Of a DNA stretch of 64,000 bases, positions 20,479 through 29,051 are shown in pieces. The notes under the pieces were generated by a model. The model saw nothing but the letters and a program-made list of their open reading frames with translations. It was not told the DNA's origin and did no database searches. Numbering within the stretch: the stretch's first letter is position 1; each line of letters opens with the position of its first letter. A program made the translations under genes and the position numbers. The stretch is from Methylacidiphilum caldifontis (GTDB lineage: Bacteria > Verrucomicrobiota > Verrucomicrobiia > Methylacidiphilales > CAMAQI01). Location: the NCBI GenBank assembly GCA_945877805.1, contig CAMCSM010000001.1:10221-74220 (forward strand), in the 5' to 3' direction.

Positions 20479-20949
20479 ATGAAGGTAAGAAAAAATACCG
20501 CTTTTAGTCTCTTGGAATCGATATTTGCCATCGCCCTTCTCACCTTCATCCTGCCTGCACTATTGGTATTAATAACCCTCAATCTCAAATCGAACGAAGA
20601 TAGTAGTTCCAAGAAGGATGCCGCCAACATGACGACTCTTTTGATCACCGCGCGAAGGGTGATCCCCCTCGACCGTCACGCCCTCTGCCTGCCCGCACTC
20701 TCCACCCTCAGTCCCGGTCAAGAGCTTTCGGAGACGTTTAATATTGATTCAGATGGCCAGAAAATTCCAAATGAAAAAAAGTTCCGTCTCACCTACAATA
20801 TTCTCCGGGATGAGAAGTTGACCAATCTTTATCGGCTTCATCTGAAGCTCAAATGGCCTGCGACACCCCTTGAAAGTAAGCGTGATAAAAATGAATTTGA
20901 AATCAAGACCTCGATTCGTCTTGATGAGTGGACGGATTCCTCAACATGA
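20479..20949 (+). CDS. prepilin-type N-terminal domain protein (pseudopilin-like)
   Basis: 156 aa. The N-terminus KNTAFSLLESIFAIALLTF has the [AG]F[ST]LxE methylation-site pattern followed by a hydrophobic helix. Confidence 0.65.
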   Translation: MKVRKNTAFSLLESIFAIALLTFILPALLVLITLNLKSNEDSSSKKDAANMTTLLITARRVIPLDRHALCLPALSTLSPGQELSETFNIDSDGQKIPNEKKFRLTYNILRDEKLTNLYRLHLKLKWPATPLESKRDKNEFEIKTSIRLDEWTDSST

Positions 20950-21836
20950 GCTTCATCCATCACAATTCACGGACTTCATTTTGTAGACCATTTTTTACTC
21001 CAAATTGTCGATCCGGTTTTACTTTGATCGAACTGCTCGTCTCTTCCGTCATCGTCATGATTCTTGTCTTGATTTTGGGTGGAATTTCAAGCCTGGTGCT
21101 CCATCAGTCTTCACTTTCTTACAATAGGATCAGCAATTCTAGTAAAATGAGAATTATCTTTCAACTCATTGCCCGTGATCTTGAGAAGGCAGTGATTCGT
21201 CCGGATCTCGCAAAATTTGTCGATTCGAACGGGAACTCCTCACTGACTTTTTACTCTCAAATTCGATCCTATGAAAATAAACAAGTGAAAGGGGATCTGC
21301 GCAACTTGAGTCTGATCTCCTATTCTTGGAGTTCTGAGGATCAAAATCTCAAGAGGATCATCCAAGGGATTGGACGTGAAAACCAAGTGGATTTACTTCC
21401 CTTTAACCAAATAACTCGAACTCCCGACCTTGATCTTCAAAACACAGAGGAGATCGCCTCTGCGGTCATTGATTTTCAATGGTCTTTTTTAAATCCAACA
21501 GGAATGACTTCGGACTATTCTCTCAACCCCCTTTCCCGGGCAGTAAGAGTGACGGCGGCGGTCATCGATCAATCGATGCTTCAAAAAATTTCTCAGAACC
21601 CCTCTTTCGAAGAGCTCAAGACCAAGTTTCACGAAGCCACGCAGCGTAAAAGCAAGTCCAACGATCTGGATCATCTGAGCCTCCTTGCCGAATGGGAGAA
21701 AATAATCGATGACCCTTCCTTAATTCGCTCTTTTCCTGTCGATTTCAGAAGATCGATCACCCTCATGGAACGATTTTACGAGATTCCCTATAACCCAAAA
21801 TATAGCCAGACCGACTTTTCAAACTCCCAAAATTAA
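20946..21836 (+). CDS. prepilin-type N-terminal cleavage/methylation domain protein
   Basis: Carries the classic SGFTLIELLVSSVIVMILV motif. The ATG at 20946 overlaps the upstream TGA (ATGA coupling). The track ORF starts 18 nt earlier. Confidence 0.75.
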   Translation: MSFIHHNSRTSFCRPFFTPNCRSGFTLIELLVSSVIVMILVLILGGISSLVLHQSSLSYNRISNSSKMRIIFQLIARDLEKAVIRPDLAKFVDSNGNSSLTFYSQIRSYENKQVKGDLRNLSLISYSWSSEDQNLKRIIQGIGRENQVDLLPFNQITRTPDLDLQNTEEIASAVIDFQWSFLNPTGMTSDYSLNPLSRAVRVTAAVIDQSMLQKISQNPSFEELKTKFHEATQRKSKSNDLDHLSLLAEWEKIIDDPSLIRSFPVDFRRSITLMERFYEIPYNPKYSQTDFSNSQN

Positions 21837-21854
21837 CAATAGGAAAGACCTGTC

Positions 21855-22607
21855 ATGAAAACATCTCCAATTCAAATTTTATCCTTTTATTATTTAACCC
21901 TCCTTCTCCTTTGCTTTTCCTTACCAGTTCAAAGTCAGGAATGGCAAAAAGTCCTTATTCCCGACGATCAGTCCGTACAGAGACTTAATCAGAACCCGAA
22001 ACTCACTTCCTTGGAGTTAGTCGACGACCCCGAAGATCCCCTTGGAAAGTGTTTTCGTCTGAAAGCACTTCTAACAAGTTGGGGAATGATCAACGCCAGC
22101 TTTCCTGAGATTAAAAAAAATAGTGTCGGAACTCTTTGCTTTAAAATCAGAATAGAACCCGCTGAATCTACAGACAAAACCTTCATTCGATTCGCATTTA
22201 GTTCTAAACCAAATATGCAATGGGGAAACGCGGCAGATCAAGAGTTAGGCTTGCTGCTTACAAATGGCTCATTGGAGATATTAAAAATGAAAAAAAAGAT
22301 TTCCCTCCCCGTAAAGCATTGGATCCGAATGTGGTATGTCTTAAAAAACGGAGACGGCGAAAACCTTCCATTTATCTCCCATTTCACTTTTTTAACAGAT
22401 GAAGTCGATCTCCCTACGTCAAAACCGGAAGAGAAGATTCTCAATGACCCCCCTAGAGAAAAAGAAGGAGTCACAGGCTTCTCCATTCCGGAAATGGGCT
22501 TCTATGTACTCTCCCCTGAAATGGAGCCGTTTGAAGGGCGAGCCGCTCTTTATATCTCAGACCTCTATTTCTCGGATGGTGAAAACCTGACAGTGCCGCA
22601 AAAGTAG
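21855..22607 (+). CDS. secreted hypothetical protein, third gene of the pseudopilin operon
   Basis: 250 aa with a signal peptide (ILSFYYLTLLLLCFSLPVQSQ) and no known motif. Confidence 0.55.
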   Translation: MKTSPIQILSFYYLTLLLLCFSLPVQSQEWQKVLIPDDQSVQRLNQNPKLTSLELVDDPEDPLGKCFRLKALLTSWGMINASFPEIKKNSVGTLCFKIRIEPAESTDKTFIRFAFSSKPNMQWGNAADQELGLLLTNGSLEILKMKKKISLPVKHWIRMWYVLKNGDGENLPFISHFTFLTDEVDLPTSKPEEKILNDPPREKEGVTGFSIPEMGFYVLSPEMEPFEGRAALYISDLYFSDGENLTVPQK

Positions 22608-22671
22608 ATCCTCACGAATCTGCCTAGAATATATATTCAATGAAACCATTTTCTACTCTACTCAAATCGCT

Positions 22672-22698
22672 TTGAATTCCGATTTATGAATTTTAAAA
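22672..22698. repeat. 27-nt dispersed repeat (partner of 534..560)
   Basis: ttgaattccgatttatgaattttaaaa is an exact inverted copy of 534-560. Confidence 0.8.
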
Positions 22699-22716
22699 CG
22701 GGAAAAAACCGAAATC

Positions 22717-25700
22717 TCATACCCCCAACAATCGTTGATACCATCTCTTTAAAATTTGATTCGCCTCAGACTCCTGTTTTCGGGGGTCGGTCAAATTTCC
22801 GACCTCCTGCGGATTTTTTAAATCCGTCGTATTGATTTCATAGGTCTTTGTTTTGAGATCATAATCTTGACTCATCCGATATTGATATTGATCCAAACTC
22901 CCAGAGTCTAACGATGAATTTAAAACAAGAGGCGGACTCGCAGATAAATTCCCCGTGTTCACAAAAATCGGCTCCGGAAGCGTCTTGGAGAGTGTCGATT
23001 CCGAGGTACTTCCCCCACTCTTCGATTGAAGTTTTTGAAAAGCCGGGGAACTACTCGGATTAAAGATTGTCTTTAGGGTTCCGTTCACAAATTGAAAACG
23101 ATAGTTCAGGTCACTCGCTCCCGTTCCATTCGAGAGAACAATCGGTGAGGTGACACTATTTGCCGCAGAGAAGGTTCCCAAGGTTCCTTGAAAGGCATTC
23201 GCTTGGGTGTCTGTCCCAAGAAGTCCTGAGGGGTCGGAGTAGGTAAAGTTGGGGTTCGCCTCTCCATAATTTTTTTGTGCGTCATTCGCGGTGAAGGTCA
23301 AGGTCGCTGCGGTTGCAAAAACAAAGCGATTTCCTGTTTGCGTGATGCTTGTCGGGGCAAGGGTGTCGTAGGTTCCATTGTAAAGATACTTGGAACTCAA
23401 TCCGTTGAGGGTCGCTAAGGGAGTGGCTCCATTAACCGTAATATCTGTAGCGGTGCCATTGGCCGCATCAGGAACATAAACGAGCCATTTCCCCGTTCCG
23501 GAAACCGCTAGGGCTCCCGCCCCTACGGCGTTGGAAAAAGCCCCCGTCGCAAGAACAAGGTTTTTGTTCGCGCTCGCGGTTTGAATTCCATTCACCGTAA
23601 TTCCGGAAGCCCCGCTTCCGGTGTTGAGCACGGTGACGCCATCAGTCCAAGTCGTCGCCCGAAGATCGACTGCCCCAGTTCCCGTTGTTTTTCCGATCAC
23701 AATCCCTGAGTTACCGGCGGTGATCGTCGCCAGATCGGTCGAACTTAAATTAAAATCTCCCGTCGCTCCGGTATTGACTCCGATCGTCGTACTATTATTC
23801 ACCGGTTGAAGATTCACTTTACCGGTCGTTTGAATGCTTAGATTGGCAAGGGAGATCGAATCGTTCGCCGCTGTCGCCGTATTCGCAATTAAAGTGATAT
23901 CCCCTGTCGCAGAGGCCCCACCGATCACATTCGCCCCCGTAACCACTTGCAAACCCGGTGCCGTTCCCGCCGATCTTCCCGTGATGGCGATCGTTCCCGC
24001 TCCCGTCGAGCTCACCATTCCACCATTGTAGAGATTGAACCCATAATTATTCGTCGTCGATCCCCCCCCTGTCCCATCAATCGTCACCGCTCCTGTTGTC
24101 GTTGAAATAAAGGTCGTTGCTCCCCCATTGCCATCGATAAAGACCCCATAATTATCATTCGTTCCCGTGGTACTCCCCGCTCCCGTCAACGTTATTTTTG
24201 CCCCCGCCGTGGAGGTGATCTCCGCCCCATTATAAAGCCTAATTCCATGATTGCTTGTGGTTGCTCCCCCACCTGTTCCATTCAAGGCGATTGCTCCCGT
24301 TGCTGAAGTCACTAAAGTATTTGCCGATTCCAAGAAGATCCCCAAATTATTTGAGCTCGTGGCATTTCCTCCAGTTCCATTCAAAGTAATGGCACCCGTT
24401 CCTGAGGATTGAATTTTGGAGGCGCTGAGAAGATAAATACCATAATTTGTGCTAGTCCCTCTCCCACCTGTTCCATTAATCGTGATAGAAGCGGTTCCCG
24501 TCGAAAAAATCCCTTCATTTGACATCCAGATTCCCGGATTTTGAAAGGTCGCGCTAGTGTTTGTAGTTCCGGTACCATTAAGGGTAATATCCCCATTAAC
24601 TGAGGAGATAAGCGAACTCGCAGACCCACCTCCATTAAAATAAATCCCAAAATTATTAAAGGTGGTCCCAGCGGAGCCTGCAGTGCCGTTGAGAGTGATT
24701 TTAGCACTTCCTGTCGATGTGATCTGAACCGATGGATTAAAATTGATCCCTATTGCACTCCCTCCAGTTCCATTGCCAGTACCCTCAATTAAAATATTTC
24801 CCGTGACGGAGGTGATGATTGTCCCCGCAGATCCAATTTTAAACCCTACATTATCGGTACTTGATCCATTGCCTCCGGTTCCTCTTAAAGATATGGCTCC
24901 AGTTCCAGAAGACTGGATGAGACTGCTGCCAATCATATTGATTCCATAATTACTCGTCGTCCCCGCACCGCCGGTTCCTGTGATTGAAATCGCTCCGGTT
25001 CCTGTCGATATCACTTGAGAGCTAGCTCTAAGCTCAACGCCATATGCCGCCGTTGTCCCCGCAGCTCCCGTTCCCGTGATGTTGATCGTTCCATTGCTTG
25101 ACTGAACGGTCCCCTTATTGAGTCGGACTCCATACAAATTCGTCGTCGAAGGGGCAACCCCGGTCAACGTAATATTCCCCGCTCCAGTGCTCATCGTTGC
25201 TGTGGTGGTCCCCCCGCCGATCAGGATACTGCCAACAGTCGTTCCTCCATAAGCTCCCGCCGTGACACTGATCGCCCCCCCATTCGTGGTAATACTCGAT
25301 CCATCGCTCATCGTAAAAAGCGCATCCCCTGCCGTTCTCTGTCCTGCCTGCGCACCGACATCATTAATCGTTGCGATGTAACTTCCTCCATTGAGGGTCA
25401 ACGCAATATTGCTATTGAATGTGATACTTCGACCTGCATTCGTCGTCAGACTCCGATTCAGATACGTCGCCCCGCTGGCATCGACATTATTGACAAAGGT
25501 AATATCGGTATTGGCTTGAAGAGTCACATTTCCAGTTGAAAGCAGCGACAGGAGATCGGTTGAGGTGATATAACTATTTTCTGCCACGTTATCGGTAAAT
25601 TGATCCAGATCACTAGCCAGAGTCCGATTGGTATAGGCTCCAGGATTGGCATTACTAATTTGTAAATTCTGCGGATCTAGAAGCAAACTTCCGTTGCCCC

Positions 25701-26880
25701 CTAAATCGACGCTCCCTTGATAAACGAGGTTTCCTTTTCCGGAGATCTCCACATTCGAGCCCTTCGCCTCCATCGCTCCATAATACTCCGTCACTCCATC
25801 CGACCAAATCACCAGATTCTTCTCCTCGCTTTTCTCTCCATTGCCATTATTCGCAAAGAGCTTTGCCTCAGAGCTGATCTTCACCTGCTGCGCATTTTCA
25901 ATGCGGCTATCCTTCCCTTGAAATCCCCCCCCGATATTCAGCGTTCCGGCCTTCTCCCCACCACTGACATCGATCGTTCCCGCAACTCCGATTTGATTCC
26001 CCTCAATCACGACCTTTCCCCCCTTTTGATCCCCTGTAGCCGTGATCGTTCCCGTGTTCCTGACCTTTCCCTTTGGAGCCTTGAGATAAACCTCTCCGCC
26101 AATTCGTTCCACTTGGGTCGCTTGGATAAAACCCCCATTATTAATCGCTAAACTGGAAAGAGACCCTGCTGCTTTCAGCTCTGTTTGAATCGCCGAGATA
26201 TAACCTTGCTGCTCAATCGCGGTTCCCGAGGGAATGATTCCCGCTTTAACAAAGATTCGCTCAGCACCCACAGGTTTTAATAAAATCTCACTCCCTGAGG
26301 CTAGCCCGACACTTCCCTTCTCAGCGCGAATCTCTCCGTAATTCTCGATCTGGCGTGCGATTAAAAAAACATCGCCTCCTGAGGCGGTGATCTTGCCTAA
26401 GTTTGTGATCTTGGCACTCGAATCACCTGCAAAATTCAAATCTCCCCCCGTGAGAAAATTTTCATTCGTAAGATCAAGGGTACTGGCAATAAAGCTATTG
26501 CATTGGATATTCGCTCCGGCTCCCAATAATACCCCATTAGGATTTATTAGGTAAACATTTCCATTCCCTTGCAGCGTCCCTAAAATTGAACTCAGATTTC
26601 CCCCCGTCACCCGATTTAGGACTGAACTTGAGGCCGAGGGCATCACAAAACGGGTCGTCTCATCAGAGGCGATCGAAAAATCCCGCCAGTTGATAATCAA
26701 TTTATCGGAACTTTGATTAATCAGCGTCGTTTTTAAAATATCGGTGATTGTTGCTGAACCGGCAGCGACCGAGCCGTCGGTCGGATTCGAATACAAAAAA
26801 CTTCCCCGCATGAAAAAGAAGAGAAGCAGCAAGAATAAACCGGCTTTTTTTTTGGGGGGGGTGAGGAAGAATTCTTTCAT
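22717..26880 (-). CDS. TpsA-type exoprotein (filamentous haemagglutinin N-terminal domain, beta-helical repeats, MBG-like domain)
   Basis: 1387 aa. The TPS domain includes NPTDGSVAAGSATI...INWRDFSI...VLNRVTGG...LQGNGNVYLINPNGVLLGAGA. There are about a dozen repeats of roughly 30 aa of the form GTGAIxLxGTGGxxxxxNxGI, and a C-terminal block NYGEANPNFTYS...LNYRFQFVNGTL. Confidence 0.85.
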   Translation of the reverse strand: MKEFFLTPPKKKAGLFLLLLFFFMRGSFLYSNPTDGSVAAGSATITDILKTTLINQSSDKLIINWRDFSIASDETTRFVMPSASSSVLNRVTGGNLSSILGTLQGNGNVYLINPNGVLLGAGANIQCNSFIASTLDLTNENFLTGGDLNFAGDSSAKITNLGKITASGGDVFLIARQIENYGEIRAEKGSVGLASGSEILLKPVGAERIFVKAGIIPSGTAIEQQGYISAIQTELKAAGSLSSLAINNGGFIQATQVERIGGEVYLKAPKGKVRNTGTITATGDQKGGKVVIEGNQIGVAGTIDVSGGEKAGTLNIGGGFQGKDSRIENAQQVKISSEAKLFANNGNGEKSEEKNLVIWSDGVTEYYGAMEAKGSNVEISGKGNLVYQGSVDLGGNGSLLLDPQNLQISNANPGAYTNRTLASDLDQFTDNVAENSYITSTDLLSLLSTGNVTLQANTDITFVNNVDASGATYLNRSLTTNAGRSITFNSNIALTLNGGSYIATINDVGAQAGQRTAGDALFTMSDGSSITTNGGAISVTAGAYGGTTVGSILIGGGTTTATMSTGAGNITLTGVAPSTTNLYGVRLNKGTVQSSNGTINITGTGAAGTTAAYGVELRASSQVISTGTGAISITGTGGAGTTSNYGINMIGSSLIQSSGTGAISLRGTGGNGSSTDNVGFKIGSAGTIITSVTGNILIEGTGNGTGGSAIGINFNPSVQITSTGSAKITLNGTAGSAGTTFNNFGIYFNGGGSASSLISSVNGDITLNGTGTTNTSATFQNPGIWMSNEGIFSTGTASITINGTGGRGTSTNYGIYLLSASKIQSSGTGAITLNGTGGNATSSNNLGIFLESANTLVTSATGAIALNGTGGGATTSNHGIRLYNGAEITSTAGAKITLTGAGSTTGTNDNYGVFIDGNGGATTFISTTTGAVTIDGTGGGSTTNNYGFNLYNGGMVSSTGAGTIAITGRSAGTAPGLQVVTGANVIGGASATGDITLIANTATAANDSISLANLSIQTTGKVNLQPVNNSTTIGVNTGATGDFNLSSTDLATITAGNSGIVIGKTTGTGAVDLRATTWTDGVTVLNTGSGASGITVNGIQTASANKNLVLATGAFSNAVGAGALAVSGTGKWLVYVPDAANGTATDITVNGATPLATLNGLSSKYLYNGTYDTLAPTSITQTGNRFVFATAATLTFTANDAQKNYGEANPNFTYSDPSGLLGTDTQANAFQGTLGTFSAANSVTSPIVLSNGTGASDLNYRFQFVNGTLKTIFNPSSSPAFQKLQSKSGGSTSESTLSKTLPEPIFVNTGNLSASPPLVLNSSLDSGSLDQYQYRMSQDYDLKTKTYEINTTDLKNPQEVGNLTDPRKQESEANQILKRWYQRLLGV
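23970..25115 (-). repeat. intragenic tandem repeats of roughly 30 codons in tpsA (coordinates approximate)
   Basis: Repeated peptide pattern S/T-GTGAI-x-L/I-x-GTGG-x5-N-x-GI across about residues 590-970. This also explains the antisense shadow ORFs here. Confidence 0.6.
26845..26861 (-). repeat. C8A9 homopolymeric tract in codons 7-12 of tpsA
   Basis: The plus strand reads T9 (26845-26853) then G8 (26854-26861). On the coding strand this is ACC CCC CCC AAA AAA AAA (TPPKKK). Confidence 0.9.
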
Positions 26881-26957
26881 AAAAAAACTACCTAAATATA
26901 ATACATTTTTTCAGCTCGATTACAAGTATTTTCGCTATTGCGTAATAAAAATTTTGA

Positions 26958-28796
26958 ATGTATGGTTTTTCAATGGAATTAAAACTCCCATTCACGCAAA
27001 TTCAAAAGCCTGTTATTTATTTATATAAATTACTTGCTACCCCCTGCATTTTCTCTCGAAACCCTCTGGTTTTCGCCGTTTTATTAATTTTTAACCATTT
27101 TTTAATCGCACAAGACCTTTCACGAGTCGCACCAAAGATCCCTGCAGTTCAAGAGCAGGGAGAGATCAAGGACTCGAAGAATCCAAAGGACAGTACCTCA
27201 ATTCAAACCCCCAAGGCTCAAGTATTAATCGAACAGTTTAAGGGATTAGTCCTCTGGAAAAGCTCTTTAGAAATGCAATGGGCAGGGGTTGAGGCAGTTC
27301 AAGGGCTAAAGAGCGAACTGACGTTGAACTATCGAAAGGATCTGGACATACAGTTGGAGCCATTTTGGAACAAGCCGTTGACCGATGAGGGAGTCGTAAA
27401 ATTAGTTCAAGTTCTTGAGGGCTACTTCTTAACGAAAGAATCTCAATGGGTTCTGGCTCAGGTAGAGGAACAGAAGATTAAAAACGGCGTTCTTCAAATC
27501 GTGATTGTCCCAGGAAAAGTAGGACAGGTTAGAATTACTGGAAATCGATGGTTTAAAACCGAAAAACTTGAGGAACAGTTTGAACTCAAACCGGGAGAGC
27601 CACTCAATCAGAAGGAGATGACTCAGACATTAGAAAATTTTAATCAAAACCCTTTTCGTCAAGGAGATCTTTATATGAAGGCGAGCGATATCAAAGGGTG
27701 CAGTGATGTAGATTTAAAAATACAGGATCGCTTCCCCGCCCGTTTTTATTCTGGATACGAGAATAATGGAAATAATTTAACAGGAAATGACCGATGGTTT
27801 GCCGGATTTAATTGGGGAGATGCCTTTTGGCAAGGGCATTTGATGAGTTATCAATTCACGACCGATGGCTGGTTTGATCGCTTTAAATCCCATACGGGCA
27901 GTTACTCGATTTTCATGCCGTGGGGAGGACAACGGTTTGATCTCGTCGGTGGATATTCAGAGGCCCAGGGATCCGTTTCTGATTTCAATATTCAGGGAAA
28001 AAGCTGGCTCGTCGGAGGCCGCTATCGAATTCCTCTTCCGAAATTTAATGAAGTTCGGCAAGAAATCAGTTTCGGATATGAATTTAAGCAGAGTAACAAC
28101 AATTTGGAATTTGGTGGAGCCAATGTCTTTAACCATTTCAATGATGTCAGTCAATTTGTTGCCGAATACCAAGGAAGTCTTGCCGATCCCTGGGGCTCCA
28201 CTCGTTGGAGCGGTAAAGTCTATGGAAGTCCCGGAGGGATGACGGAGAATAATCTTAATTCCGTTTATCGTGAATCGCGAGCGAACGCCAAGGCCGATTA
28301 TCTTTATGCCCAGGTGGAGCTTGAGCGGAGATTTACCCTGCCTTGGGGAGTCAGTTCACGGCATCAGGCTCAAATTCAGTGGGCGAGCGGTAATCTCCTC
28401 GGCAGCGAACAGATCGGAGCAGGCGGTCGAGAGAGCGTTCGCGGTTATTCCGAACGAGAGGCCAATGGCGATGAGGGATTATTGATGCAAAACGAGCTCT
28501 GGAGCCCTACTGGGAGTCTGGGGGCACTCCTCAAAGATTTTGGAGTTCCTGAAGCAGGGCACTACCAAGATAAGCTTCAAGGACTCCTCTTCTGGGATTA
28601 CGGAGTTGTTCGCAATCGATTCCTCTTACGAGGGGAAGACCGCGAAAAAATCCTCTCCTCCGTCGGTCTCGGAGCCCGTTATTCCATTAACACCTACATG
28701 AGTTTTCGCGGTGATTATGGAGTTCAACTCACCGATTCAGGACAAAATAACCCTGACAGCTATTTTGTTCATTTGAGCATGACGCTCAGTTATTAA
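26958..28796 (+). CDS. ShlB/FhaC/HecB-family TpsB outer-membrane transporter
   Basis: 612 aa with a POTRA-like region (VLQIVIVPGKVGQVRITGNRWF) and a C-terminal beta-barrel ending in an aromatic residue (...HLSMTLSY). Divergent from tpsA. The start is uncertain. Confidence 0.8.
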   Translation: MYGFSMELKLPFTQIQKPVIYLYKLLATPCIFSRNPLVFAVLLIFNHFLIAQDLSRVAPKIPAVQEQGEIKDSKNPKDSTSIQTPKAQVLIEQFKGLVLWKSSLEMQWAGVEAVQGLKSELTLNYRKDLDIQLEPFWNKPLTDEGVVKLVQVLEGYFLTKESQWVLAQVEEQKIKNGVLQIVIVPGKVGQVRITGNRWFKTEKLEEQFELKPGEPLNQKEMTQTLENFNQNPFRQGDLYMKASDIKGCSDVDLKIQDRFPARFYSGYENNGNNLTGNDRWFAGFNWGDAFWQGHLMSYQFTTDGWFDRFKSHTGSYSIFMPWGGQRFDLVGGYSEAQGSVSDFNIQGKSWLVGGRYRIPLPKFNEVRQEISFGYEFKQSNNNLEFGGANVFNHFNDVSQFVAEYQGSLADPWGSTRWSGKVYGSPGGMTENNLNSVYRESRANAKADYLYAQVELERRFTLPWGVSSRHQAQIQWASGNLLGSEQIGAGGRESVRGYSEREANGDEGLLMQNELWSPTGSLGALLKDFGVPEAGHYQDKLQGLLFWDYGVVRNRFLLRGEDREKILSSVGLGARYSINTYMSFRGDYGVQLTDSGQNNPDSYFVHLSMTLSY

Positions 28797-28818
28797 TCCT
28801 AAATCCGGCAGTTGAAAT

Positions 28819-28948
28819 GGAGGGTAACGGAGGTTATGACTGCTTTAATTTCAATAATGATTTTTGTAATGTAAATCCATCTTTTTCAGATAGCCGTCGA
28901 CCCTTGAAACGACAACGGCAGAAATATTATGACCTCCGTTATCCTCCG
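28819..28948. repeat. 130-bp element with imperfect 22-bp inverted termini
   Basis: ggagggtaacggaggttatgac (28819-28840) matches the reverse complement of attatgacctccgttatcctcc (28927-28948) at 18 of 22 positions. Confidence 0.55.
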
Positions 28949-29012
28949 TCTTGTCCGCCATAGCCAGTGCGAAGGAGGATTACCCTGCGGTTAAAGTTGT
29001 ATTTTCTTTTCT

Positions 29013-29046
29013 CTTAAGTTGACGCCTATGCGATCTGCTTGACGGA
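29013..29046. repeat. dispersed intergenic repeat family, cttaagttgacgcc core copy
   Basis: cttaagttgacgcctatgcgatctgcttgacgga. Related copies lie at 34584-34605 (inverted), 61892-61923 (inverted), 62173-62204, and partially at 50533-50547. Confidence 0.7.
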
Positions 29047-29051
29047 CTACA

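Noticed and set aside
23621-26151. Multiple ORFs of 60-144 aa on both strands inside tpsA
   Set aside because: They are generated by the Gly/Thr-rich repeat codons of tpsA. The translations are Pro/Val/Ile-rich nonsense, and the TPS domain frame is continuous over 1387 codons.
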